Below are positions 36,965 through 46,562 of a stretch of DNA of 64,000 nucleotides, piece after piece; the stretch's first letter is position 1, and every line of letters begins with the position of its first letter. A program made the translations under genes and the position numbers. The stretch is from an uncultured Verrucomicrobiae bacterium (GTDB taxonomy: Bacteria; Verrucomicrobiota; Verrucomicrobiia; Chthoniobacterales; UBA10450). Where the stretch lies: the NCBI GenBank assembly GCA_963756875.1, contig CAVWPA010000003.1, positions 1,056,001 through 1,120,000 on the forward strand, given 5' to 3'. The notes beneath the pieces were generated by a model. It made no database searches. It saw only the letters and a program-made list of their open reading frames with translations, and was not told where the DNA came from.

Positions 36965-38124
36965 AGCTCGTTTGCGTTAGGGAATTGCCGCAGGATCGGA
37001 TCGTGGCGGGTCGGTTCCAGATATTTCAAGGCATGGCGAAAGATCGGATTAAGAAGTCCTCTCGTATGCGTGACATAAAGGTCGAGCGGCATCAGTTCGC
37101 AACCCAGATGCAACTTCGGATCGTAGTTCAACGGCCCGCTACAATATTCTTCGAGACCTTGCTTCATTGCCCAAGTCAGAACATCCCGCAGCGTATAGAA
37201 ATAGAGGTGCAGATCGAGCGCAACGTTGTAATCGAGGCCGAGGCATTCGTCGTAAAGCGTTCGATCGTGGATCAAACAACAACTGAAGGCGATCACCCGG
37301 CCTTCCTGCCGCCAGATGAAAAACCGGGCGCGCTCCGGCATTAGTTTTCCAAGATTACAAAAATAATCCCTGGTCAGGTGTTCGAACTGCATCCGCGAAC
37401 GCTCGTGGACCTGTAAATAGAGCGGATAAACCTGTTCGACGTACGGCGTGATATCGTTGGTGACTTCCATGTCGATCCTGGCGGCGCGTTCCGTCTTGCG
37501 AAATTTGCGGCGCAGACCTTTTCGCGTGATGTAGCCGAGCGTGGCGAGATAATCGTCGAAACTCTTGTGCTTGAGCGACAACCGCGTCATCGGCATACTG
37601 GGAACGCGTACATATCCGTTGGATGAAAAATGGTCGAGGGTCGGGCGGTATTTCGCCGGGAAATCTTTCAAGACAACGAGCGCGGCCTTGTTTTGGCGGG
37701 CGTACTTTCGAAGGCTGGCATGCAGTGCTTTTGCTACCCAGAGTTCGTCTTTGGCATCGCAGGCGCCGAGATGACCTTCACCCGCCGCGCAACCGACCAT
37801 CAGGATTCGCATGGTCAAGAAGCGCGGAAACCATCGCTGCACGGTTTCGATCGCCCGGCGAATCTTGCCCGGCACGCCTTCGACCAGACTTTGTCTGACA
37901 AAAAACAGCGGTTGAATGGCGCGCACTTTTCCGGCGGAGTCCTCGAGAACCCAGTAACGATGCTCGAAATCGTTGGCCAATGTTTGTTCGATGATCTCGT
38001 AGAAGCGGTGATCCTTGCACCGGCTCTCAAAGGCATGTTGCCAGTCTTCGGAGCATTGGAGTTCAGCGCGCGTGACAATTCTCGCGACGCCCTGAGGCAA
38101 GGGGATGGATTGGCTTTCTCGCAT
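36952..38124 (-). CDS. FemABX-like double-GNAT protein (paralog 1)
   Basis: SFDDYLATLGYITRKGLRRK, VYPLYLQV, GLDY, NYDPKLHLG. Confidence 0.75.
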   Translation of the reverse strand: MRESQSIPLPQGVARIVTRAELQCSEDWQHAFESRCKDHRFYEIIEQTLANDFEHRYWVLEDSAGKVRAIQPLFFVRQSLVEGVPGKIRRAIETVQRWFPRFLTMRILMVGCAAGEGHLGACDAKDELWVAKALHASLRKYARQNKAALVVLKDFPAKYRPTLDHFSSNGYVRVPSMPMTRLSLKHKSFDDYLATLGYITRKGLRRKFRKTERAARIDMEVTNDITPYVEQVYPLYLQVHERSRMQFEHLTRDYFCNLGKLMPERARFFIWRQEGRVIAFSCCLIHDRTLYDECLGLDYNVALDLHLYFYTLRDVLTWAMKQGLEEYCSGPLNYDPKLHLGCELMPLDLYVTHTRGLLNPIFRHALKYLEPTRHDPILRQFPNANELWTV

Positions 38125-38217
38125 TTTCCAAAGAAAAGGCTCCGTCGATCGGAAAACCGTGGGGGAGCTAGTATTAACAGCAACCGCGATTTTCTCAAGC
38201 TTTTGCGTAGGAGATAT

Positions 38218-39342
38218 CTAGGCTGTGCCTCTTCCGGAGCGCGCCTCTTTCCCGTCGACGTTTTCCACTTTCAGCACGCCGCTTCGAATATGGAGATCGC
38301 GCTGCGGGAAGGCGATTTCGATTCCAGCCTCACGGAACTTCCGTTCGATGGCGAAGTTGAGATCGCTCCGATAGTGACGCGGCCGGTAACTCATTTCGCT
38401 GCTCCAGACCACCAGTTCGAAATTAATGGAGTTGTCGCCGAATTCGTTCAGAAAAACGCCGGGCGCCGGGTCGCTCAGGGTGTTGCGATTTTCTCGCGCC
38501 ACCGCCAGCAACGCCTCGGTGACTTTCGCGATGTCGCTTCCATAGGCTACTCCAACGGGAATCCGGAAGCGCACCCGCGGATCGCTGTAAGTCCAGTTGG
38601 TCACCGGTGAATCGATAAACTTCGTGTTCGGCACGATCATCGTAATGTTGTCGTTGGTGCGAATCACGGTGCTCCGTGCGCGGATTTGGTGCACCTGCCC
38701 GGCGACGCCTGCTACTTCAACGCGGTCGCCGATGGTGATCGGCCTTTCCGCCAGGATCACCAGGCCGCTGATGAAGTTACTGGCGATATTTTGCAGGCCG
38801 AACCCAACGCCCACGCCGACCGCACCCGCGAAAACCGTCAGAGCCCCGAGATGAATGCCGGTGTTATCGAGGACAACGAAGATGCCCACGATCAGCACCA
38901 CGTTGCTGGCTATCTGGGCGATCGCGTATTGCAGCGAGCGGTCGAGGCCGCTGTTCACCAGAAAACGATTGAAAAGAAAATGCTTGGTCCGTGACGAAAA
39001 CCAAAAAACCAGGATCAAAAGCGCGATCAGCAAAAAGATCTGCACCAGGCTGAGCCGGATGCCGGGAAGCGGCGCGTTCCAAAGGAGCGGAACGCCGGCC
39101 GCGTTAACCGCTGTAACCGTAAAGAAGGCGAAAACCGAAAAACTTAAAATCGTTGTGAGAATCGCGGTCAGATTGCCCTCAATCTTGAAGCGGGCGAAGA
39201 GACGCCGCACCTGCTGGCTTTGCAGCTCCCTGGCCAACAGCAGGCCGGCCGAGAGCAGCACCACAAATGCAATCAGCCCGAGGGCTGAAATGTAATGCCC
39301 GCCGACGTAAAACAGCGGGCGCTCCAACAGACTCAGGTTCAT
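38218..39342 (-). CDS. Small-conductance mechanosensitive channel (MscS family)
   Basis: GVGVGFGLQNIASNFISG, GDRV, VPN, VGVAYGSD, IAFPQRD. Confidence 0.93.
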   Translation of the reverse strand: MNLSLLERPLFYVGGHYISALGLIAFVVLLSAGLLLARELQSQQVRRLFARFKIEGNLTAILTTILSFSVFAFFTVTAVNAAGVPLLWNAPLPGIRLSLVQIFLLIALLILVFWFSSRTKHFLFNRFLVNSGLDRSLQYAIAQIASNVVLIVGIFVVLDNTGIHLGALTVFAGAVGVGVGFGLQNIASNFISGLVILAERPITIGDRVEVAGVAGQVHQIRARSTVIRTNDNITMIVPNTKFIDSPVTNWTYSDPRVRFRIPVGVAYGSDIAKVTEALLAVARENRNTLSDPAPGVFLNEFGDNSINFELVVWSSEMSYRPRHYRSDLNFAIERKFREAGIEIAFPQRDLHIRSGVLKVENVDGKEARSGRGTA

Positions 39343-39467
39343 GGCCCTTAGTCTGGGCGGGGTGCGGCCCTTCGCAACCCTCTAAAGCTTGCAGGCCGAC
39401 GGGTGGCGCGGGTCCAACTTAGCCGCGGAAAATGTGGGAGGCGCCTTGGCGCCCCGACTTTGTTCCC

Positions 39468-39737
39468 TTAGCTGGGCGTGCCGCCGCCGCCCTGCTGCTT
39501 CGCCCGCTCTTCGATGTATTTGGTGACATCGCCGACGGTTTGCAGTTTTTCGGCATCTTCGTCCGGCACTTCCACAGAAAATTCCTCCTCAAAGGCCATC
39601 ACCAATTCCACGATATCGAGCGAGTCCGCGCCCAGGTCTTCAATGAAGGATGCTTGCGGCGTAACTTGCTCGGGATTGACTCCGAGTTGTTCGACGATGA
39701 TGTCCTTGACCTTTTCCTCGATTGGTTTGTCTGCCAT
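39468..39737 (-). CDS. acpP: Acyl carrier protein
   Basis: [20 protein letters not shown] phosphopantetheine motif. Confidence 0.97.
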   Translation of the reverse strand: MADKPIEEKVKDIIVEQLGVNPEQVTPQASFIEDLGADSLDIVELVMAFEEEFSVEVPDEDAEKLQTVGDVTKYIEERAKQQGGGGTPS

Positions 39738-40041
39738 AAAAATTCCTGTTTGGTTTTTGTCCATGCTTAAAGGAGCGAGGACAGCATGGCAAGTAAATGA
39801 ATTAGCTCCGTTGTCAATCAATTTCCGGCCGGCTTGTCAGCCTGCTCGATCCGCAAGCATGCTCCGGAGAGTGCATGCCCCTCGCGCGTAGCGGGTCCGT
39901 CGCCCTCACGGACTTTTTTCATCCTGGCTCGCCCTCACCTTTATTCTCTCCCTCAGGGAGAGGAGGACAAAGGCCGGTTGGGCGTTTGCTCTGGTCCCCC
40001 GGCAAAGTTTACTTCCGCTGGGCTTGGCGTAAAAGAGAAGG

Positions 40042-41574
40042 GTGGCGGCTCCCTCTATTGATCTGGGCGAATTACTCGATCTGAAAATATTGCCTGCATG
40101 GGTGAACGAACCCGAGCAAGGGGAGCGCTATGCACATGTCCAGGGTCCCGATGAACATCCGCGCGATCAGCGGTCGTTACGCGGCGAACACGGTGGCAGA
40201 AAACGCCGAACGCCCAACGCCCAACGCCCAACGCCCAACGCACGCAGGAACAGCACCGGGCGCGGCGGCGGTCCAAGCCGGATTCGCGACCGGCGGGATC
40301 AAGACCGACATAAACAAGGCCGGCCTCGTGAGGACCGACCTCAGCCAACCCGGCAAGCTCCGCTCAAAATCGCTGTACGTTTTTTGCCGCACGCGCATGC
40401 GCTGGAAAACGTCGTTGAACAAATAAAAACAAACTCGGTGACCTATTCGCTTTTTGCCCTGGCTCGCCTTTTCCTGGCAAAACCGGAGCGCTATGATGTG
40501 CGCCTGACTGCGTCAGCGGAATCCCCGCTCGTTCGCCTCGGTGAAAACGGGACCGTCTCGTCGGACCGCGACATTCTCGATCGGAACGCGTTTCATCTCG
40601 CGCAATCGGACTTCTACAACGTCGAGATTACGGAGTCGGAACCGATTAAGGGAAATTTTACGAACGTGGCGCGGTGCAGGTTAAGTGGGAAACTGTTCGG
40701 CCCGACGAATCATCACGATTACCAAAAACGGCTGCGCAGTTCGTACGAGCAACGCTTCAGCCGGCGGATGAGTTTCGCCGACTATCAGCGGCAGATCGAA
40801 ATCGTGACCGATCCGCAACTGGTCGAAAAATGGAAGGAAGACGCGCGCAAGATCGCGACGTTTTCGACGCTGCGGGAAGAAGCGCCTGCGACATTTTCAT
40901 CCGCGGCGGAAGCGGAACGGCATTTCCGGCAGCATTACTTGCCGGAGCTGATTCGAGACGTTCAGGAATTGACCATTGATGGGAACGCGAGCCGGCGATT
41001 GCCCGATCGCGCGCTGCACAATGCGATCGAGAGAGAGTGGACAAATGAAACGCGGTCGCCGTCGCATATGATGCAGGAACTGGCCGCGCAATTTCGTCAG
41101 GCCGGTCTCCACGTCTTCCGGCATCGCCGCGGGATGCTGTTTGTCTCGCCCATTCGGGCGCGGCCAATGGCTCAGAACGTCGCCATCTCCCTAACGGTGA
41201 AACGAATCATCGAGACGATTGCCGCCGCTCCGGGAATCAATCGCAAGGAGCTTGCCGACAAGCTGGTTGTCGACCTTGCCGGAGAAAATGGCAACCGCGC
41301 GAAATTGGCGCTCGCATCCGATCTGCGGTGGTTGATCAGCGAAGGTTACGTGATCGAATTCAACGATGGCACGCTCGACCTGCCGCGAGTAAAAACAAAA
41401 CCAGGCAAAGCTCCTGCAGAGGCCGCCGACTCGGCGGTGGTTACGCCAACCGCCGAAAATTGTGGGGCGTCTGTGTCAGACGCCGCTTCCGGCCAGGGGA
41501 CTTCTGTCACGGATTTGGACGGCGTTTCACAGAAACTCCCTACAATCGAAGAGGCGGAAATCGGCGGAAGCTAG
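40042..41574 (+). CDS. Hypothetical protein (disordered Arg-rich N-terminus, globular core)
   Basis: 510-aa ORF filling the gap between acpP and rpmB; no recognised catalytic motif. Confidence 0.75.
   Translation: MAAPSIDLGELLDLKILPAWVNEPEQGERYAHVQGPDEHPRDQRSLRGEHGGRKRRTPNAQRPTPNARRNSTGRGGGPSRIRDRRDQDRHKQGRPREDRPQPTRQAPLKIAVRFLPHAHALENVVEQIKTNSVTYSLFALARLFLAKPERYDVRLTASAESPLVRLGENGTVSSDRDILDRNAFHLAQSDFYNVEITESEPIKGNFTNVARCRLSGKLFGPTNHHDYQKRLRSSYEQRFSRRMSFADYQRQIEIVTDPQLVEKWKEDARKIATFSTLREEAPATFSSAAEAERHFRQHYLPELIRDVQELTIDGNASRRLPDRALHNAIEREWTNETRSPSHMMQELAAQFRQAGLHVFRHRRGMLFVSPIRARPMAQNVAISLTVKRIIETIAAAPGINRKELADKLVVDLAGENGNRAKLALASDLRWLISEGYVIEFNDGTLDLPRVKTKPGKAPAEAADSAVVTPTAENCGASVSDAASGQGTSVTDLDGVSQKLPTIEEAEIGGS
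40202..40243 (+). repeat. Tandem heptamer (AACGCCC) x6 inside a CDS
   Basis: aacgccg aacgccc aacgccc aacgccc aacgccc aacgcac. Confidence 0.9.
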
Positions 41575-41588
41575 CTGCCGCGCAGTTC

Positions 41589-41692
41589 TGTAGCGGCGGT
41601 CTATGGCCGTCGCACTATTTCCGGATTGCCGGCGTTGTGATGAGTGCTACCCGCGCAGGAGATTCTTGCGACGGTCGCAGACCGCCGCTACA
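41589..41692. repeat. TGTAGCGGCGGTCT...AGACCGCCGCTACA REP doublet between convergent genes
   Basis: Inverted termini visible directly in the sequence. Confidence 0.8.
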
Positions 41693-41703
41693 GCGCTGCC
41701 GCG

Positions 41704-41967
41704 CTAGATTGCGCCGGCTTTTTTCAAGGTCTTGTATGCGCCGTTTTTGTTGATCGTCTTGAGCCCGCGCGCGGTGACGCGGATCCGCACAAACTTCTTC
41801 AGCTCAGGCACCCAGATGCGGTGCTGATGCAGATTTGGACCAAAAACGCGCGGTACATTCTTAGTCACATGACGGCCGACACCGCCTTTTTTCTTGGCCA
41901 TACCGCGACGGTGAATAACGCTCCCGCGTGTGGCTCTCGATCCGGTGATTTTGCAGACCCTTGACAT
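41704..41967 (-). CDS. rpmB: 50S ribosomal protein L28
   Basis: MSRVCKITG...PNL...IRVTARGLKTI.K.G. Confidence 0.95.
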   Translation of the reverse strand: MSRVCKITGSRATRGSVIHRRGMAKKKGGVGRHVTKNVPRVFGPNLHQHRIWVPELKKFVRIRVTARGLKTINKNGAYKTLKKAGAI

Positions 41968-42250
41968 GATGTGACCTCAGAAGAGGCGCGTAAGCTGCCG
42001 TCCAACGGCGCGCAGGTCAAGCGATTCTTTGCCCGCGAACAGCGCGAATGTGCGCGAATAGAAAATTGAAAATGTAGGAACGCCGCGCCGCGGCGTCCGG
42101 ACGGCTCAAGTTCCGATTATTCGTGTTAATTCGTGGGATTCGCGGGCAAAGAAGTTCTTCACGGCTTGAACAGTAACGACGTGGCGTGGTCAAACTTATC
42201 TCTCGCAAAACACAGACCGCGCCGGCAAAATTGCCAAACAGATTAAAATC

Positions 42251-43291
42251 ATGACGCAAAAAAATAATCGCAAGCTGCGGATGGGAATTGTCGGCGCCGG
42301 TGGGATCGTTAAATCGCGCCATCTGCCTGCTTTGAAGCGGCGTCCCGAGGTCGAGATTGTCGCCGTTTCCAATTCCACTTACGAAAGCAGCGAATCCTTT
42401 TGCCGGGAAAACACGCCGGAAGCCACTCCGATGCGAAACTGGGCGGACCTGCTGGCCATTCCCGATCTGGACATCATCTGGATCGGCGCCCCGCCGTACA
42501 TGCACTCGGCGGTGACGATTTCCGCGCTGGAGGCGGGTAAACACGTTTTTTGTCAGGCGCGGATGGCCATGGATCTGGCTGAAGCCGAAGAAATGCTCGC
42601 CGCGGCGAAACGTTATCCCGAACTGGTCACGATGCTTTGCCCGCCACCCTATGGAATGCGAGCGGATCTTCTCGTAAAAAAATTACTGGCTGAGAACCAG
42701 ATCGGCCGGCCGCATCACGTGCGACTGAAAAGCTTTAACGGCGCCTGGCTAAACCCGGACGCACCGGCGCATTGGCGGCAACGGGTTGAGATCAGCGGAT
42801 TGAACGTGCTTACGCTCGGGATTTACGTCGAAGTCATGCAACGCTGGCTCGGCGATATCACCGGTCTCTTTGCGCGCGGCAAAATCGTTACGCCGATCCG
42901 GCAAGGCTACGAAGTCGTTATTCCCGACCTGCTCAATGTGCTTTGCGTTTTTGAAAATGGCGCGGAAGGCGTGCTCGAGTTTAGCGGCATCGATGCATTT
43001 TCTCCCGGTGATCGCCTCGAGATCTACGGCGATCGCGGAACGCTGATCTACGATTTCGCCACCGACATCGTCCAGGTAGGCAAAGTCGGCGAAAAAGATT
43101 TGAGAGTGGTCGATCTTCCCCCGGATTTAACCAGGGAATGGCGGGTGGAAGACGATTTTCTTTCTGCCGTGAAATCGAAAGGCCAGGTCCGCCCGCGTCC
43201 CGATTTCGAAGAAGGGGTGCGCTACATGCGCGTCGTCCAGGCGGCCGCCGACTCCCGCGCCAGCAACGCCTGGGTCAGCATCAGGAGCTGA
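42251..43291 (+). CDS. Gfo/Idh/MocA family oxidoreductase
   Basis: GIVGAGGI, ALEAGKHVFCQARMA (variant of the EKP motif). Confidence 0.88.
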   Translation: MTQKNNRKLRMGIVGAGGIVKSRHLPALKRRPEVEIVAVSNSTYESSESFCRENTPEATPMRNWADLLAIPDLDIIWIGAPPYMHSAVTISALEAGKHVFCQARMAMDLAEAEEMLAAAKRYPELVTMLCPPPYGMRADLLVKKLLAENQIGRPHHVRLKSFNGAWLNPDAPAHWRQRVEISGLNVLTLGIYVEVMQRWLGDITGLFARGKIVTPIRQGYEVVIPDLLNVLCVFENGAEGVLEFSGIDAFSPGDRLEIYGDRGTLIYDFATDIVQVGKVGEKDLRVVDLPPDLTREWRVEDDFLSAVKSKGQVRPRPDFEEGVRYMRVVQAAADSRASNAWVSIRS

Positions 43292-43357
43292 TGACCCAGC
43301 GAATCGCATTGTTGTAGCCGGTATCGGTAATCTCGATCTTGGGGAAAGCGAAAAAGA

Positions 43358-44392
43358 TCAGAGAGCAGTGGCGAGGCGGGCGAGTCCATAGCCGATCAGG
43401 CCGGTTGCGGGCAGCGTGAAAATCCATGCCCAGACAATTCGTTCCACCACGTTCCATCGCATACCGCTGAAGCGTTTCACCGTGCCGACGCCCATGATTG
43501 AAGTGGAGATGACATGCGTCGTCGAGAGCGGAATGCCGTAATAGCTCGCAGCTTGAATGATCAGCGCGGCAGTAGTTTCTGCGGCGAATCCGTGCACTGG
43601 TTGCAATTTCACCATGCGATGACCGAGCGTGCGAATGATGCGCCAGCCGCCGGCCGCCGTTCCAACCGCCATGGTTGCGGCGCAGAGAACAGTGACCCAG
43701 ACAGGCAGCGCGAAGGTTGGCGTTTTAAGAAAGGAGAGCCAGCCGGGCAAATGATCGAAGCGCCCGGCCCGCGTTCCTGTAAAGAGAGCGAGTGTGATAA
43801 TGCCCATCGTTTTCTGGGCGTCGTTGGTGCCGTGACTGTGCGCCATCCAGGCCGCGCTGAAGATTTGCAACTTGCCGAAGAGCGAATGCACAAAGTGAGG
43901 GGTGAAGCGGTGAAGAGCGACAAAAAGCAAGAACATCAACAACCCGCCAAAAATAAATCCCGCAACCGGCGAGCTGATCATGGGTAGAACCACTTTTGGC
44001 CACACGCCCGTGTTCCATTTGATGACCGACCACTTGCCGTGCGCTGTGGCCAGGGCAGCGCCGCAGAGTCCACCGATGAGGGCGTGGCTCGAGCTGGAAG
44101 GCAGACCGGACCACCACGTGGCAATATTCCAAGCGAAAGCGGCAACGATTGCGCAGAGGACGGTGGCCATCGTCACGACGTTTGTGTCAACCAGGCCCCT
44201 GCCGATGGTTGAGGCCACCGCGCCGCCGAGCAGTGCGCCTGTGAGATTAAAAAAGGCCGCCATGGCGATAGCCTGACGAGGCGTGAGGACCTTTGTCGAT
44301 ACGACGGTTGCGATCGCGTTTGCGGCGTCGTGGAAGCCGTTGCTGTATTCGAAAATGACCGCCGCGAGAACAACGAGGAAGAACGTCAGCAT
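43358..44392 (-). CDS. PiT family inorganic phosphate transporter
   Basis: NGFHDAANA, PSSSSHA, HGTNDAQK, PLSTTH. Confidence 0.95.
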   Translation of the reverse strand: MLTFFLVVLAAVIFEYSNGFHDAANAIATVVSTKVLTPRQAIAMAAFFNLTGALLGGAVASTIGRGLVDTNVVTMATVLCAIVAAFAWNIATWWSGLPSSSSHALIGGLCGAALATAHGKWSVIKWNTGVWPKVVLPMISSPVAGFIFGGLLMFLLFVALHRFTPHFVHSLFGKLQIFSAAWMAHSHGTNDAQKTMGIITLALFTGTRAGRFDHLPGWLSFLKTPTFALPVWVTVLCAATMAVGTAAGGWRIIRTLGHRMVKLQPVHGFAAETTAALIIQAASYYGIPLSTTHVISTSIMGVGTVKRFSGMRWNVVERIVWAWIFTLPATGLIGYGLARLATAL

Positions 44393-44411
44393 CGTCGCGG
44401 GCAAACGTCGT

Positions 44412-45050
44412 CTACGAATATTTTAGCGCGACTTGCAGGATGATATTGCCCGCGTCGCGGCAGCGGTCGATTACCTTTTCGATCAGTTCGAAGAGGTCGC
44501 GCAGAAATAGCACCTGCCTCGGGTCGTAGTCGCCCTGGTAAAGATCGCGCAACAGATCGAGTTCCAGTTTATCGGCGTCTCCCTCGATCGATTGCAGCTT
44601 CGCGTTCATTTCGCGCGCGGTCGCCGTATCGGTGCCTTTGCGCAATTGTTTTACCATGGCCAACACGGTCTCGGCCGCTTGATCGAGAAACTCCACCTGC
44701 TTGCGAAAATCGCGGCCCTGCAGTTCGTGCGGAGAAATCAAAACGCGCTCGCCGATTTTCTCCACCGTCTTCGGTATTTTGTAGAGGGCGACTCCCAGCG
44801 CCTGGATATCTTCGCGCTCCAGCGGCGTAATGAATGTCTTGCACAACTGCTCAGTCAGCTCCTGGGTGATTTGTTTGTCTTTTCGACGGCTGCGAACGAA
44901 CTCTTCCAGGCTTTGCGGTGAATCCTTTTGCTCGAGCCGCTCGAGAAGCGCGATCAAATGATGCACGCTGGCATCCGCTTGCTGCGCGCTCGCTTCCAGC
45001 AAATCGAAAAACTTTTTATCGCGCCCAAGAATTCTTTGGATCGAAAACAT
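44412..45050 (-). CDS. DUF47/PhoU-like phosphate transport regulator
   Basis: TFITPLEREDI, EGDAD; directly upstream of the PiT gene. Confidence 0.9.
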   Translation of the reverse strand: MFSIQRILGRDKKFFDLLEASAQQADASVHHLIALLERLEQKDSPQSLEEFVRSRRKDKQITQELTEQLCKTFITPLEREDIQALGVALYKIPKTVEKIGERVLISPHELQGRDFRKQVEFLDQAAETVLAMVKQLRKGTDTATAREMNAKLQSIEGDADKLELDLLRDLYQGDYDPRQVLFLRDLFELIEKVIDRCRDAGNIILQVALKYS

Positions 45051-45063
45051 AGTCTACAAGCGG

Positions 45064-46446
45064 TTAAAGCAGCGTCCCGCGCAAGACGAGAAGCGCGACA
45101 TTAAAGTAAATCACCAGACCGGTGACATCGACAAGAGTGGCGACGAATGGCGCCGACGCCGCAGCTGGATCAAGCCCGCATCGTCGCAACACGAATGGAA
45201 GCATCGATCCAGCAATGCAGCCCCACAACACCACTCCGATCAACGCTATCGCGACTGTGGCCGCGATCAGCCAATGATACTTGCCGTAATCGAAGATGTG
45301 AAGCTGCTGCCAAAGTGAGATTCGAAAAAAACCGATGCAGCCCAGAATCACGCCGAGAGAAATTCCCGATGCGAGTTCCTTACGAACGACCCGAAACCAG
45401 TCGCGTAAGCGCAATTCGCCAATTGCCATCGCCCGGATGACCAGCGTAGTGGCCTGCGAACCGGAATTACCGCCGCTGGAGATGATCAGCGGCAAAAACA
45501 TCGCCAGAATCGACGCCTTTTCAATTTCGCTATTGTAACCTTGCATCGCAGTGGCGGTGAGCATTTCGCCAAGAAAAAGAATGATTAGCCAGGTCGCGCG
45601 CTTTTTTACCATTCGCCGAAGCGAGATGGTGGTGTACGGCTCGTCCAACGCTTCCATACCGCCGATCTTCTGGATGTCTTCGGTCGCTTCCTTTTCGGCG
45701 ACGTCGAGCATATCGTCGATGGTCACGATACCGACCAGCACGCCGTTGGAATCGACCACCGGCAGCGCGGTGCGATCGTATTTCCGGAAAACATTGAGCG
45801 CGTCCTGTTGCGAGTCGCCCACGTTTAAAGCAACGAAATTGCTGTTTCTGATTTCGCTTACTTTGACGTCGAGAGGCCGAAGGAGAAACTCGCGCATGCG
45901 CAGGTCGTCGATCAGCTTTCCGTTATCGTCGACCACGTAAATGACATTGAGCGTCTCGCTGTCCTGGCCGTTCTCGCGGACGTAATTGAGCACTTCCTTC
46001 ACGGTCCAATCTTCGCGCACGGCGATAAAATCCGGCGTCATCAAACGGCCCACGCTGCCTTCCGGATAACCAAGCAGCGACTGGGCGACCCGCCGTTCGT
46101 CCGGCGTGAGCAGCCGAATCAACTGCCGCGCGGCCGCGCTCGGCAATTCTTCCAGCAACGCCGTGCGATCGTCGGGCGACATTTCGTTGAGAATGCCGAC
46201 CACCTGCTCGTGCGCCATCGCGCGCAGCAATTGCTGCTGCGCCTCCACATCGAGATACTCAAAAACGTCCGCCGCGAGGGCATGAGGGAGAACGCGGAAA
46301 ACGATCACCCGATCGTCCTCTTCCATATCGAGAATCACTTCCGCCACGTCCGCCGGCGGCCATTCGCGAAACATCTCGCGCAGCGCTCCAAAATCGCGCG
46401 CCTCGATCAGGCTCTTAATTTCCGGGATAAGGATTTTGCCAACCAT
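45064..46446 (-). CDS. mgtE: Magnesium transporter MgtE
   Basis: N-domain, CBS pair, SSGGNSGSQ, DPAAASAPFVATLVD. Confidence 0.96.
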   Translation of the reverse strand: MVGKILIPEIKSLIEARDFGALREMFREWPPADVAEVILDMEEDDRVIVFRVLPHALAADVFEYLDVEAQQQLLRAMAHEQVVGILNEMSPDDRTALLEELPSAAARQLIRLLTPDERRVAQSLLGYPEGSVGRLMTPDFIAVREDWTVKEVLNYVRENGQDSETLNVIYVVDDNGKLIDDLRMREFLLRPLDVKVSEIRNSNFVALNVGDSQQDALNVFRKYDRTALPVVDSNGVLVGIVTIDDMLDVAEKEATEDIQKIGGMEALDEPYTTISLRRMVKKRATWLIILFLGEMLTATAMQGYNSEIEKASILAMFLPLIISSGGNSGSQATTLVIRAMAIGELRLRDWFRVVRKELASGISLGVILGCIGFFRISLWQQLHIFDYGKYHWLIAATVAIALIGVVLWGCIAGSMLPFVLRRCGLDPAAASAPFVATLVDVTGLVIYFNVALLVLRGTLL

Positions 46447-46562
46447 AAAATCTAAAGGAGCGCCAGTCTCGGGCTGGCGCTCAGATTGTTAACGCAAGCC
46501 GGTCGCTTAGGCTAGATTCTTCTCCGCTTGGAATTTGCACGAAATTGGTGAAGATAACTTTG

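Noticed and set aside
43358..46446. mgtE-DUF47-PiT as a novel unit
   Set aside because: DUF47-PiT is a well-known pair, and PiT transports metal-phosphate, so adjacency to mgtE is unsurprising.
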